From an uncultured Planctomycetaceae bacterium (GTDB lineage Bacteria > Planctomycetota > Planctomycetia > Isosphaerales > Isosphaeraceae), in NCBI GenBank assembly GCA_963833985.1, contig CAWIAD010000001.1, positions 320,001-384,000 on the forward strand: a stretch of DNA of 64,000 nucleotides, given 5' to 3'. A model generated the notes under the pieces. That model was not told the DNA's origin. It did not search any database and saw nothing but the letters and a program-made list of their open reading frames with translations. The position numbers were made by a program, and so were the translations under genes. Below are positions 38,875 through 49,874 of the stretch, in pieces (the stretch's first letter is position 1; every line of letters begins with the position of its first letter).

Positions 38875-41132
38875 TCAGCGGCGCGGCTCCTCGACCACCT
38901 CGAAACCGGTCTCGAGGCCCCCATCGGAGCTGGTGCCTGCGAACAAGCGGAACTGGCCCGGTTCGACAACGAAGTGCATCTGGCTGTCATGGGAGCCAAG
39001 TTCCCGCGGCGAGAGAGTGAAGCGGACGGTCTGCTGCTCACCGGGCCGGAGCGAGACGCGCTGGAACCCGCGCAGCTCCTTCACGGGCCGGACCACGCTG
39101 GACGCCACGTCCCGGATGTAAAGCTGGACGACCTCGTCACCGGCCCGCTCGCCGAGGTTCCGGACGTCGACCTGAACTCCGAGCGAGCCGTCGCGCCGGA
39201 TGCTCGGCCGATCGAGCCGCAGGCCGGCGAGACGGAACTGCGTGTACGAGAGGCCATGCCCGAACGGAAACAGCGGCGAGACCGGGGAATCGATGTACCG
39301 GGACGTGTAGCGGTCCTTCGTCGCGGGACGCCCCGTATTGAGGTGATTGTAGTAAATGGGGATCTGGCCAACCGACCGGGGGAAAGTGATGGGCAGCTTG
39401 CCGCCGGGATTGACGTCGCCGAAGAGGACGTCAGCCAGCGCATGGCCGCCCTCGGTGCCGGGGAACCAGGCTTCGAGGATGGCCGGCACGTGTTCGGCAA
39501 TCCAGCCGATGGTCAGTGGCCGGCCATTGATCAGGACCACCACCGTCGGAGTGCCCGTGGCGTGCACCCTTTGAACCAGTTCGAGCTGGCGGCCCGTCAG
39601 GTCCAGCGACGTCCGCGACGACGCCTCCCCACTGGTCCGCGCAGATTCGCCCACGGCGATGATTGCGACGTCGGCCCGCTGCGCCAGCTCCACGGCGTGG
39701 GCGATGTCATCTACGGCATCGTCGTCCACGGCACACCCTCTGGCGTGCACCACCTCCGTGGAGGGATGCCGCGCGCCACCCAGGCGCGGATCCCGGCGAG
39801 CAGCGTGACCACGTCGTCGGCCCTACCGTCACCCCGCCAGTGGCCCATTGGCGTCTCGCGATCGTCGGCCAGTGGTCCGAGCACGGCGATGCATCGCATG
39901 TCTCTGCGCAGCGGCAACACGTTCCGGTCGTTCTTGAGCAGCACCAGCGAGCGGGCGGCCATCTCCCGTGCCGCCTGCCGGTGCGCGGGGCTCAGCAGAA
40001 CCGCCTGCTCGCGTTCGGGAGCCGCATAAGGGTGCTCGAAGAGCCCAAGCGCACACTTCAGCCTCAGCACACGGCGCACCGCCTGATCGATGCGCTCCAT
40101 CGGCACCTTGCCCGCGCGCACCAGCTGCGAACCGTGCTCGTTGAAAAGCTGGCTTTCTTCCTCCATGTCGATGCCGGTCAGGAGCGCCCGGCGGGCCGCG
40201 TCGGCCTCGTCGCAGGCAAGCCCGTGCGCGACGAGCTGCGGGACGGCGTTGTAGTCGCTGACCACCAGCCCATCGAACCTCCACTCGCCGCGCAGCACGC
40301 GGCCGAGCGTGAAGGGATTGGCCGTCGCCGGGACGCCGTTGATGGTATTCAGCGCGGACATGAACGTGCCGACACCCGCCTCGACGGCCGCGTGGAACGG
40401 CGGGAAGTCGTTCGTGCGCAGGGTCCATTCGGAGACATCCGCGGCGTTGTACTCACGACCGGCCTGAACGGCCCCGTAAGCCACCCAGTGCTTGGCGCAG
40501 GCCACGACGTGGTCCGCGTCGACGGCCGCATCCGGTGCTCGCAGGTCCACACCCTGGAGCCCGCGCACCCGGGCCCGTGCCATGGCCGACCCGAGGAACG
40601 GGTCTTCCCCGGCTCCCTCCACGATCCGCCCCCAGCGCGGGTCGCGGGTCACGCCCACCATGGGTGCGAAAACCCAGCCAACACCCGCGGCCCGCGCCTC
40701 CGCGGCCGCGATCCGGGCGCACGCTTCCACGGCTGCCGGATCCCATGAACTGGCCTCCCCCAGCGCGACCGGGAAGATGGTCCGGTATCCGTGGATGACG
40801 TCGAAGCCGAAGAGTATCGGAATCCGCGCATGCGATTGCGTGAGTGCGATCCGCTGTACCTCGTTGACGTTCTCCGCCCCACGCACATTCAGCAGTGAGC
40901 CAATACGCCCCCCGCGGATGAGATCCGCCTGCCCGCCGAGCACGCGCCCCGTCTTCGGGTCGCCGCCAAGCTGCTCGAGCTGCCCGAGCTTTTCCTCCAG
41001 AGAAAGGCGGCCGACCACCTCATCAATCCGTGCGTCCACGCCAGGCGGCCTGATTGCCTGAGCGTACCCCCATACGGGCGTGACGACGAGCCAGAGGAAA
41101 AGGAAGAAGAGGGGTCGGCAAACAATTTTCAT
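38875..41132 (-). CDS. bglX: GH3 beta-glucosidase (BglX-like); 1-bp frameshift near 39783
   Basis: DVIHGY, RDPRWGR, ACAKH, VVSDY nucleophile motif, SLVLLKN, GEASSR, FPFGHGLSYT, FN3-like C-terminus. Confidence 0.9.
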
Positions 41133-41387
41133 CTCGCGGAGCCTCCCCTGGAATTCTAGGGGAGAACGGCACGTCGTACAGTGCCGGTCTTTCGATGGGT
41201 GGGACCCCCGTTCCGTTCCCGAGCCGTCGGCGCTGGCCCGTCGTCGTCGCCGTTGGCGAGAGCCGATTCAGAAGGCACATCGGCCCGGTTGCGACCCGGC
41301 CCGAGCGGCAGACAGGTTGTCCATCTCACCGTCTGATCGTCCGAGTGCGTCCTTCGGCCAGGTGGTTCGGGGTCAGTGGTCGTGTGT

Positions 41388-41466
41388 GTCCAGCGCAGCG
41401 ACGACGCACCGGTGTGGAAGCCAGAGCCTGAACCGGTGCGTCGTCGCTGCGCTGGACTCACCCTAC
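41388..41466. repeat. Second inverted pair of the same REP-like element
   Basis: gtccagcgcagcgacgacgcaccg (41388-41411) and its reverse complement extended to GTAGGGTGAG (41434-41466). Confidence 0.85.
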
Positions 41467-41855
41467 GATTGTGGAACGGCCGGCGAAGGGAGCACCCACA
41501 GTCCAAAGGCCGGGGGAAGGACAGGGAAGGGGCCATCCCACAGTTCAACAGGAAGAGGACGGGTAGGGGGGAAGTGGTGATCAAACGTTCAGAGTGGCAT
41601 CCGTTCCGCCCGCGCAGGATTCGGGGTCGGAAGGTGGCCTGACGGTTCGGCTTGCTGTGCCGGGCCGCTTGGTGCTGAGTGCGGGTCCGAGGGGAATGTG
41701 GACGGCCCCATCATTCGTCCCCACCGGTCGATGCTGAGCGCCCCGTATCCCCGAGCGCGGGAGAGCCTCCATCCTCGGGACCGGCCGAGACATGAGAGCC
41801 AAGGTAACGGCCCTCGCTCCTCGGGCGTGGGCGATCGTTCCGCTTGGGCCGGGGC

Positions 41856-42503
41856 CTACTGAACACCGGGCCGTACGGTATTCACCAGTTCAGGCGGTAA
41901 TTTGGCGTCGCGTGCGAGGACATACGGCTGCTCGCCCGTCACCGACCAGTACAGCCTGGCCGGCCCACGGGGAAAATCCGTTCCCGATGCCCAGGTGTGG
42001 TAGACCTTGCCCCAGAGGGTCCGGACCCTGGCGAGGGTTTGTTTCTCCTCATCGCCGCTCTGGGTCAGGCTCTTGAGGTAGCCGCCGTCGACCTCGTACT
42101 TGTGGTCGTGCCAGTAGGCCTTCTCGTCGGCCGGCATCTTCTGATAGACGGCATCGCTCACCAGGTATTCGACGCCGATCAGCCGCGCGTCGGGCCCGGT
42201 GCCGTCGTAGAGAACGCACTGGTTCAGGTCTCCGTTGACCTCCTTACAGTAGTGGTAGGCGACCTGCGACCGCTCGGGCAAGTCCTTCAGAAGGTGGACC
42301 CCGGCGAATGCCAGCGGGCAGTGCAGAACTTCCCGGATGGGGGCCTTCGCCCCGGCGGGGGCCGCGACATGGTCGTCGGCTGTGGCACCCGGCAGCCTGA
42401 ACGCCGGCCCGAACGCCGCCCCGACCGCGACGCCGATGAGCAAGGCGACGGCCGCGTACGTCGAGCTACGGGGCAGGAGATGACCTGGCCAACTGCGAAT
42501 CAT
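41856..42503 (-). CDS. DUF1264 / OBAP-family exported protein
   Basis: AYHYC, QCVLYD, ARLIGVEY, YWHDHKYEV, GKVYHTW; N-terminal signal/TM. Confidence 0.85.
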   Translation of the reverse strand: MIRSWPGHLLPRSSTYAAVALLIGVAVGAAFGPAFRLPGATADDHVAAPAGAKAPIREVLHCPLAFAGVHLLKDLPERSQVAYHYCKEVNGDLNQCVLYDGTGPDARLIGVEYLVSDAVYQKMPADEKAYWHDHKYEVDGGYLKSLTQSGDEEKQTLARVRTLWGKVYHTWASGTDFPRGPARLYWSVTGEQPYVLARDAKLPPELVNTVRPGVQ

Positions 42504-42740
42504 GTGCTGCTCCTTCAGATGCGGGTGTGGTAGAAACCGGCGCCCATCGCCGGGCGATTGACGGTCCGCCGCTTCTCGATTCAGTGGCGACGCAATGCAC
42601 GTGAGAAACTATATAGTCGAAAAGGAATTTAGCAATACCTCGGTGCCGCGATCCTCGAACTCCCTCTTCGAGGTCGGTCTCGGACGCCGCGACGGACGAT
42701 GGTCCCTCCATCAAGACCAGGAAATCGACTCAGTCCAGGG

Positions 42741-44266
42741 TCAGGCTGAGTTCAGCTTCCTGTAGAGGTCCACGTACCGGCCGAACACGTCGTCGTAGAC
42801 CGAGGCGTTGGCCGCGTTCGGCTCGACGGTCTTCTCGATGGCGACCATGGCGGTCGCGGCTTCGTCGAAGTCGCGGTAGACGCCGGCTGCCACGGAGGCT
42901 GCCATGGCCGACCCCAGCGCGCACGACTCGGTCTCACGGGTCAGGTGCACCGGCCGCTTCAGGAGGTCGGCATGGATCTGGAGCCAGAGCGGCGACCGTG
43001 CGCCACCCCCGCCCACGAAGATCCGCTCGACGGCCAGGCCGTGTGCGGCCGCGTCAGCCAGGATGTGCCGCGTGCCGCAGGCCGTGGCCTCGTACAGGGC
43101 ACGAAAGACGTGCCCCGGACCGTGCGCCAGGGAGAGGCCGACGATGGCGCCACGCGCCTGGGGGTTCTTGTACGGCGACCGGTTCCCCTGCCAGTCATCG
43201 CGCACGATCAGGCCCTCGGAACCCGGGGGAACCGCCGCGGCCTGTTCGTCGAGCACCTGGTAGACGTGCACCCCGCGGCGCTGGGCTTCGGCCTGTTCGC
43301 GGCCGGCGAAGTGGCGGCGGTACCAGTCAAGAATGGAACCGGTCGCGGTCTGCCCGGCCTCGATGGTGTACAGTCCTTCGACGGTGGCGTCCGGGTAGCA
43401 GCCGGCCGCACCGGAGCCGAAGACACCCGAGCGCGACTGGGCCAGGTGACAGGTGCTGGAGCCCACGATCACCGCGACATCTCCATCGCTGGTTGCCCCC
43501 AGGCCCAGCATTCCCAGGTACGCGTCAATTCCGCCCTGGGCCACCGGCGTCCCGGCGATGAGGCCCAGATCCAGGGCAGCCGCGGCATCGAGCCGGGCCT
43601 CGCCCTTGCCCAGCGGGATGATTCGCTCGGGCCATTTCGAGGGAAGCTCGGCAAGCCCCACCGACGTCAGCAGGGCCAGCGGCCAGCCGCCGTCGGGCCG
43701 GGCGTAGTTCCACTTCACCGCAACGTGGTTCAGCGAGAGCGTCCACTGGCCCGTCAGGCGGTACATCATCCAGTCGGTGCATTCCACGATGCGGTCCGCG
43801 CGCTGGTACGTCTCGGGCTCGTGATTCTTGATCCAGAGCGCCTTGGGGAGCATCCATTCCGGCGAGACGCGACCGGAGACGTAGCGCAGTACGGGGTGGC
43901 CGGTCTGGCTGATCGTCTCGGCCTCGCGGTAGGGCGCTGGTCCATCCAGAGCAGGGCGGGCCGGAGCGCATTCCCCTCCAGGTCGCAGGCCAGCACGGTG
44001 CAGGCCGTGCAGTCCAGCCCGATGGCGATCACCTGCTCGGGCGCGGCGCCTGCCTGGCTGAGCGCCTGCGCCACCGCGGTCCGCGCGGCGCTCCACCACC
44101 CGGCGGGGTCCTGTTCCGCCCAGGTGGGACGGGGATACGTGGTTTCAATCGGCGCGACGCCGAAAGCCGCCGATCTCCCCTGAAGGTCAAAGAGTGCCGC
44201 GCGAAGGCTCTGGGTGCCGACGTCGAGCCCCAATACGAAGCGTTCCTGCGCCAGTTGGGTGTTCAT
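42741..44266 (-). CDS. FGGY-family carbohydrate kinase (ribulokinase-like); 1-bp frameshift near 43935
   Basis: LGLDVGTQS, EQDP, IGLDCTACT, LLWMDQR, GGIDA, GSSTCH, QGNRSP, GGGARS, ALGSA. Confidence 0.9.
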
Positions 44267-44329
44267 GAGTCGCCTCGAATCGCTGGAGAGCTTTCGTTTT
44301 CGAAGGACAACCTTCCGAGGGAAACGCAA

Positions 44330-44794
44330 TCAGGACAGCGGGCCGCGGTCCGGCTTGCGGCGATCAATGACGAACGTCACGGGGCCGTCGTTGACGAGTG
44401 CGACCTTCATCATCGCACGGAAGACGCCCGTGGCGATCTCCAGCCCCGAGGCCGCAAGCAGGGTCGTGAAGCGATTGTACAGAGCTTCGGCGCGTGCGGG
44501 CTCGGCGGCCGCCGTGAAGCTGGGCCTGCGCCCGGACCGGCAATCGCCCAGCAGGGTGAACTGGCTGATCACCAGGATGCCGCCTCGAACGTCGAGCACG
44601 CTACGGTTCATCTTCCCCTGTTCGTCCTCGAAAGCCCGCAGGTTCAGCAGCTTGTCAGCCATCCAGACGGCGTCCTGGTCCTCGTCCTCGCGGGCGACGC
44701 CCAGGAGCACCAGCCAGCCCGGGCCAATCTGCCCCACGATCGCCCCGCCGACCTCGACGGACGCCCGGGAAACGCGCTGAATGACGGCACGCAT
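44330..44794 (-). CDS. dtd: D-aminoacyl-tRNA deacylase
   Basis: [25 protein letters not shown]. Confidence 0.96.
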   Translation of the reverse strand: MRAVIQRVSRASVEVGGAIVGQIGPGWLVLLGVAREDEDQDAVWMADKLLNLRAFEDEQGKMNRSVLDVRGGILVISQFTLLGDCRSGRRPSFTAAAEPARAEALYNRFTTLLAASGLEIATGVFRAMMKVALVNDGPVTFVIDRRKPDRGPLS

Positions 44795-44978
44795 GAACCT
44801 CATCTCGTCAAGGAATTCACCAGGTAATCCGCAACATCTTAACGCCCGGACTGGCCGCCTGCTGCGGTCTTGTTCCGGGTAGCTGAGTTTCAGGCAAGCT
44901 GATAACCTCTTGAGGTCTGGAGAAGGCCGCGCGGGTCCGCTGCGCCGGGGGTGGGAAGACGACCGCGAGGAGGCGACG

Positions 44979-45999
44979 TTGGGCGAGGCGAAGCAAGTGC
45001 GGCTGCGGGCGGGGATCATTGGCCTGGGGCGGCTCTGGGAAACCCGGCACAAGCCCTCGCTGGCGCGGATGCAGGACCGGTTCCGAATCACGGCGGTGTA
45101 TGACCAGGTCTTCCGCAGGGCTGAAATCGAGGCCGCACAGATTGGCTGCGCGGCGTGCGAGGGTCTGGCCGCGCTGGTGGAACGGCCGGACGTGGACGTC
45201 ATTTACCTGCTGTCGCCGCAGTGGTTCGGCTTGCACCCCGCGCACCTGGCCTGCGCCGCGGGGAAGGCCGTTTACTGCGGGTTACCCCTGGCGGGCAACC
45301 TCCCGGAGCTGGAAGAGCTCATCGAGCGCGTGGACGCCTCGCGGATCGCCTTCATGCCCGAGTTCGCGCGACGGTGCTATCCGGCCACGCTGCGGCTCAG
45401 GGAGCTGCTGGCGACCACGCTGGGGCCTGCGCGGCTGGTTCTCGGCCACGCGCGGCTCTTCGGGTTTGACCGCTACGCGGTCCCCGGACCGGCCACGCAG
45501 ATCGCTCCGGCACCCTTGCTCGTCGACCCGGGAAGCTTCCTCATCGACTGGTGCACGTTCCTCATGCAGGCGCTGCCGGTCTTGATCCGGGGCACGCGCA
45601 GCACGGTCTTGCCCGCCGAGGCCGGCGCAGGCCGAGTCCGACTTCGAGAGCTTCATGGCGACGTTTCCCGGCGGGGCCACGGCTCACATCGCCTTCGGTC
45701 GCTATTACCAGTCGCGCTGGGGAGAGGCCACGCGGTTCCTGCCCCCCTCCGGTTTCCAGATCTACGCCGAGCGCGGTGCGGCCTGGCTGGAGATGCCGGA
45801 GCGGATCCAGTGGTGGGATGGTACTGGCGCCCACGAGGAGCGCCTGCCGCTCGAGCCCACCATCGGGGACGTGCTCAACGATCAGTTCTACCGGCTGGTG
45901 AACAAGGGGCAATCCCTGGCGCCCACCATCCACGACGCTTACAAGATCGCGCGGCTGGCGCAGGACGTCAAGCAGAGCCAGCAAGCGCAGGCCACATGA
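44979..45999 (+). CDS. Gfo/Idh/MocA-family oxidoreductase; frameshift near 45625
   Basis: RAGIIGLG Rossmann motif; DVDVIY; GKAVYC; continues in frame 45655..45999; GGAGG before TTG 44979. Confidence 0.78.
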
Positions 46000-46033
46000 G
46001 CACTTCATGACGCCATCAGGTCCGGGGCCCGCG

Positions 46034-47716
46034 ATGCTCAGGGAAAACTCGCCGGTCTGGATCATCGCCGTGGTCGCCGCGGCCCTGGTGGGGCTGATCC
46101 TGCTGCGGGATTCCATTCGATCCAGCTCCGCGACCTACGACGAGGTCGCATATCTGGCCGTTGCAGCCCGCTGGTGGCGCACCGGAGAGCAGTTCCAGAT
46201 CACCCGCATGGGCTCGCCGCTCACCTTCTGGAAGCTTCAGCAGGCGCCCGTGTTCTGGGTGCTGGACCGGACCGACCGCGGCGGGCTCATCGATGATCCG
46301 ATCCGCCGGCAGGCCGAGCTGCTGCCGCTGGCGCGGCTGGGCGGACTGTGGATCTGGGTGGCCGCACTCGTCCTCTGCGCCGGCTGGAGCCGGCGGCTGT
46401 ACGGTCCGCGCGCCATGGCGCTGGCCGCCTGGCTGTTCGTGCTGTCCCCAAACTTGCTGGCCCATGGCGCGCTCGTCACCATGGAGATGCCACTGGTGGC
46501 GTGCAGTACGGGAATGCTCTTCCTGTTCTGGCTCTTCCTCGAGACTGGCCGCGTTCGCTGGTTCTGGGCCTCGGCCTGCGTGGCCGGCCTGAGTTTCTCC
46601 TGCAAGTACACCACCGTGCTGTACCCGCCAATCCTCGCCCTCCTCTGGTGGGTCGACCGCCTGCGCCGGGAGGTACCGAAGCGCTTCTTGCAGACGGCCC
46701 GCCGCGTGGCCCAGGGAATGACGGCCTACGTGCTGGTGCTGCTGCTGGTCAACTTCGCGGTCCCCGGCTTTGCGATGCTTCCGCTCAGCCAGCGAGCCGG
46801 CGAACACCCCACGCTGAGCGCCCGGTTCAGCGGCCCGCTTGTCACATGGATGGGCCGGCTTTACGAAACGCCTCTGCCGCAAGACTGGGTAGGCCTGGCC
46901 ACCCAGATGCACCACCAGAGGTCGGGCGGGGCCAGCTATCTGCTGGGGCAACGGCGCATGACGGGCTGGTGGTATTACTACTTCGTCGCCCTGGCGGTGA
47001 AGGTTCCCCTGTCGTTCTGGCTGCTGGTCGCGGCACGGTCCGAGATCTCCAGACGCCAGTGGGGTAAGGGCCAGCCAGGCGACGGGTTCCTGCTGGGCGT
47101 GATCGCCCTCTTTCTGGCCGTCACGGCAGCAGGATCCACGCGCAATTATGGTATTCGCTATCTGCTGCCCCTGGCGCCCCTGGCAATCGTGTGGGTCTCC
47201 CGGCTCGCCGAAGCAGTGCCGGGAAGGAAAGGCCGCTGGCATGGGTGGCCGGCATGGGTGGCCGGCCTCGGGCTGGCGGGGCAGGGGATTGCCGTCGCCT
47301 CGGTCCATCCCCACGAGCTAGTCTATTTTCACGCCCTGGCCGGCGGTCCGCTGGGAGGCCGGCGCATCCTGGCCGATTCCAACCTGGACTGGGGCCAGGG
47401 CCTCAAGGCGCTGGTGCGGCTTCAGCAGGCAGAGCCGCAATATTGCGATGTGACCTTCTACTACTTCGGTGACAGCGACCCCGCGTTCTACGGCGTCCGG
47501 GGAGCGGTTCATACCGTGAACGCAGTGGCGCAGGCCGCCACGTTGCCGCCTGTGCAGAGCGTGTCCACCCGCTACGTCGCGGTCTCCGCGTCGCTCCAGT
47601 GGGGGCCCTGGGGACCGCCCGGCTTCTTCCAGGCCCTCAATGCGATCGAGCCGGTCCGGATGACGGACGACACGACGATCGCGATATACCGGGCCGAGGA
47701 TCTGCGCTCTCAGTAG
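46034..47716 (+). CDS. ArnT/PMT-like GT-C membrane glycosyltransferase
   Basis: SATYDEVAY, SPNLLAHG, KYT, GWWYY, GIRYLLP, DSNLDWGQG; many TMs. Confidence 0.82.
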   Translation: MLRENSPVWIIAVVAAALVGLILLRDSIRSSSATYDEVAYLAVAARWWRTGEQFQITRMGSPLTFWKLQQAPVFWVLDRTDRGGLIDDPIRRQAELLPLARLGGLWIWVAALVLCAGWSRRLYGPRAMALAAWLFVLSPNLLAHGALVTMEMPLVACSTGMLFLFWLFLETGRVRWFWASACVAGLSFSCKYTTVLYPPILALLWWVDRLRREVPKRFLQTARRVAQGMTAYVLVLLLVNFAVPGFAMLPLSQRAGEHPTLSARFSGPLVTWMGRLYETPLPQDWVGLATQMHHQRSGGASYLLGQRRMTGWWYYYFVALAVKVPLSFWLLVAARSEISRRQWGKGQPGDGFLLGVIALFLAVTAAGSTRNYGIRYLLPLAPLAIVWVSRLAEAVPGRKGRWHGWPAWVAGLGLAGQGIAVASVHPHELVYFHALAGGPLGGRRILADSNLDWGQGLKALVRLQQAEPQYCDVTFYYFGDSDPAFYGVRGAVHTVNAVAQAATLPPVQSVSTRYVAVSASLQWGPWGPPGFFQALNAIEPVRMTDDTTIAIYRAEDLRSQ

Positions 47717-48276
47717 AGGTCTCTGCCGCGCGAGATCCGGTCTTCCAGCCCATCGGCGAGGTCCGCGATGCGGCGGATCATGCTCTGGGCGTCGGCGGAA
47801 GCGGCCGATTCCACGGCGAGGTTCTCGACGACCACGAAATACTCCTCGCCGCGCAGCACGCGGATCGCGAAATGGCCGTCGGTCATCCGGACGTTGAGCT
47901 TCAGCAAGAGCCGGCAGTCGCGGTCGTTCGCCGGCGCAGAGATGGACACCAGCGAAAGCAAGGCCCGGCCTTCCGAGTCGGTTCCCGCCGGGCCGATGTA
48001 CACGGCCTGCTTGCGGTCCAGACGAGCGGGGACCGTGACCCGCCAACCATGATGAGAGGTGTCCACGTCGAAGCCGGAGCGGGCGACAAAATCACGGATC
48101 AGCCGCGCGACATCGGGATCGGCCGGCTCCGGAGCCTCGTAGGGCCCCAGAGCCTCGGCCCCGGCGCCGGCGTCGGCCTGCACGCCGCCGAGGGGCAAGC
48201 CGCAAGCGGCACAGAACCGCTCCGATTCCAGGTTGGCCAGCGTGCAACGGGCGCAGACGATCATGATGGAAGTCAT
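47710..48276 (-). CDS. Zn-ribbon plus YbjN/CesT-fold domain protein
   Basis: CARC..CAAC; RKQAVY, LLKLN, ADLADGLE chaperone-like pattern. Confidence 0.65.
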   Translation of the reverse strand: MTSIMIVCARCTLANLESERFCAACGLPLGGVQADAGAGAEALGPYEAPEPADPDVARLIRDFVARSGFDVDTSHHGWRVTVPARLDRKQAVYIGPAGTDSEGRALLSLVSISAPANDRDCRLLLKLNVRMTDGHFAIRVLRGEEYFVVVENLAVESAASADAQSMIRRIADLADGLEDRISRGRDLY

Positions 48277-48324
48277 GTCTTGCTGCTCGTCATGAAGGTC
48301 AATCCGATCAGGCCCGGAACGACG

Positions 48325-48895
48325 TCATTCCTTGACTTCCAGTGTGGCAATAAGTGCGTCGAACGCCGGCTTCAGTGCCGTCATGGTCTTGTCCGGTCCG
48401 ACCATCTTCAAATAATAAGCGACCCGGTCGGTGGTGACGACGGCCACCAGCATCCGCGCATGGTCGCGTTCGGGCTCGGCCGGCATGCCGGGGATCGCGC
48501 CGGGCTTGTAATGGCCGGCGGTCTCCACGCGCGTCACCTCGGTATTCTTGCCCTTGACGGTCTTGCTGTCGATCCGCGGAGGGTTGCCCTCCGCGTCCTT
48601 GAACTGTCCTTGCCAGCGCTTCAGGTTGGCCTCCATCGAGCCCGCGCCGCCTGGGAACGCGTACACCACCAGCAGCGCCGGGTAGTCGTCGCCGGCAACC
48701 GGCTCCGCCTTGAGCTGGGCCTTGCGAAACGAAGAGTTCGTGGGAACCGTCTTCCAGGACTCGGGTACCTGGAAGGTGACCCCGCCCGCGTCGACGGCCC
48801 GGGTGGGTTCATCCGCACCCGCGAGCAGCGCGTAGCGCGGCCGCGCCCGCCAGAATACCGATCGCGCGGTGCCGAATACCAATCATCGTGTTCAT
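48325..48895 (-). CDS. Conserved exported hypothetical protein (PsbP-like fold possible); probable frameshift near 48835 in the signal peptide
   Basis: GGAGG + ATG at 48895 gives MNTMIGIRHRAIGILAGAAA; shifts into YALLAGADE...ANLKRWQGQF...YYLKMVGP. Confidence 0.6.
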
Positions 48896-49061
48896 TGCGT
48901 GAGGTCCTCCATTGCATTTCCGCGAATGACTTGCCCGCTTGCGGACAGGGCGCCCTGCGAATACCTTACAGCCAGAAGCGAGTAATCGCAGCAGCCTTGC
49001 CGGGGCCAGTCCGTCAGGGTCCAGGGTCAGTCCATACCTCTGCGTGCCAAGGGAGCCGGTT

Positions 49062-49844
49062 GTGAATCGAATTTCGATCGCGTGTTTGAGCCTGGTTCTC
49101 CTGGGCGGAACGGCCACAACCGGGTGGGCTCAGAAGAAAGCGCCAGGCGGCGCCCGGGTGTTCCTGCTTTCCGGCGGCCAGCGACAGCATCACGGCTATC
49201 GCGACCAGGCATTCTACCTTGCCGGGCTGCTGGAGAACACCGGTCGCTTCGAGGTCACGCTGGGCGAGGATGCCGCCATCCTGGAGACACCCGCTCTCCG
49301 CAAGTACGCCGTCATCATCGCCAGCGCCGACCGTCGCGACCCCGAGTTCAAGTACTCGAAGGCTCAGCAGCAGGCGCTCCTGGAATTCGTCCGCTCCGGC
49401 GGAGGCTACGTCTCGATCCACGCCGCGGACAACGCCGCACCGGACTGGCCGCCCGAGTTCAAGGAGATGCTCGGCGGCATCTTCTCGCACATCGGCATGC
49501 CAGATGGCAAGGTCCGCAAGGGATCGTACGTCGTGAAGATCGTGGACAGGGACAGCCCGATCACCCACGGGCTGGACGATTTTCCGCTGCATGACGAGCT
49601 GTACTACAACATCCAGATGGCTGCCGGCGTTGCACCCCTGGCCACGGTGGAATACGACGGCACCGCCTGGCCAGTGGCCTGGACGCGGACCTTCGGTAAG
49701 GGCCGCGTGTTCCACCTGGTGCTCGGCCATCGCGACTTCGGTCCGGACAAGGACGATCCACTGCGCAATCCGAACCTGGGCCGGCTGATCGTGCAGGGCG
49801 TGAGCTGGACGGTGGACAACACGAACGTCTCCCGGTGCGATTGA
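49062..49844 (+). CDS. ThuA-like (class I GATase-like) exported protein
   Basis: Signal peptide; GGGYVSIHAA, DELY, WTRTFGKGRVF, LGH. Confidence 0.85.
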   Translation: MNRISIACLSLVLLGGTATTGWAQKKAPGGARVFLLSGGQRQHHGYRDQAFYLAGLLENTGRFEVTLGEDAAILETPALRKYAVIIASADRRDPEFKYSKAQQQALLEFVRSGGGYVSIHAADNAAPDWPPEFKEMLGGIFSHIGMPDGKVRKGSYVVKIVDRDSPITHGLDDFPLHDELYYNIQMAAGVAPLATVEYDGTAWPVAWTRTFGKGRVFHLVLGHRDFGPDKDDPLRNPNLGRLIVQGVSWTVDNTNVSRCD

Positions 49845-49874
49845 CGCACGAGCCAGGCTTCCGGCAACGGCCGG

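Noticed and set aside
41133..41855. Small ORFs or ncRNA in the 720-bp intergenic region
   Set aside because: No recognisable protein motif, RBS or RNA family signature beyond the REP pair
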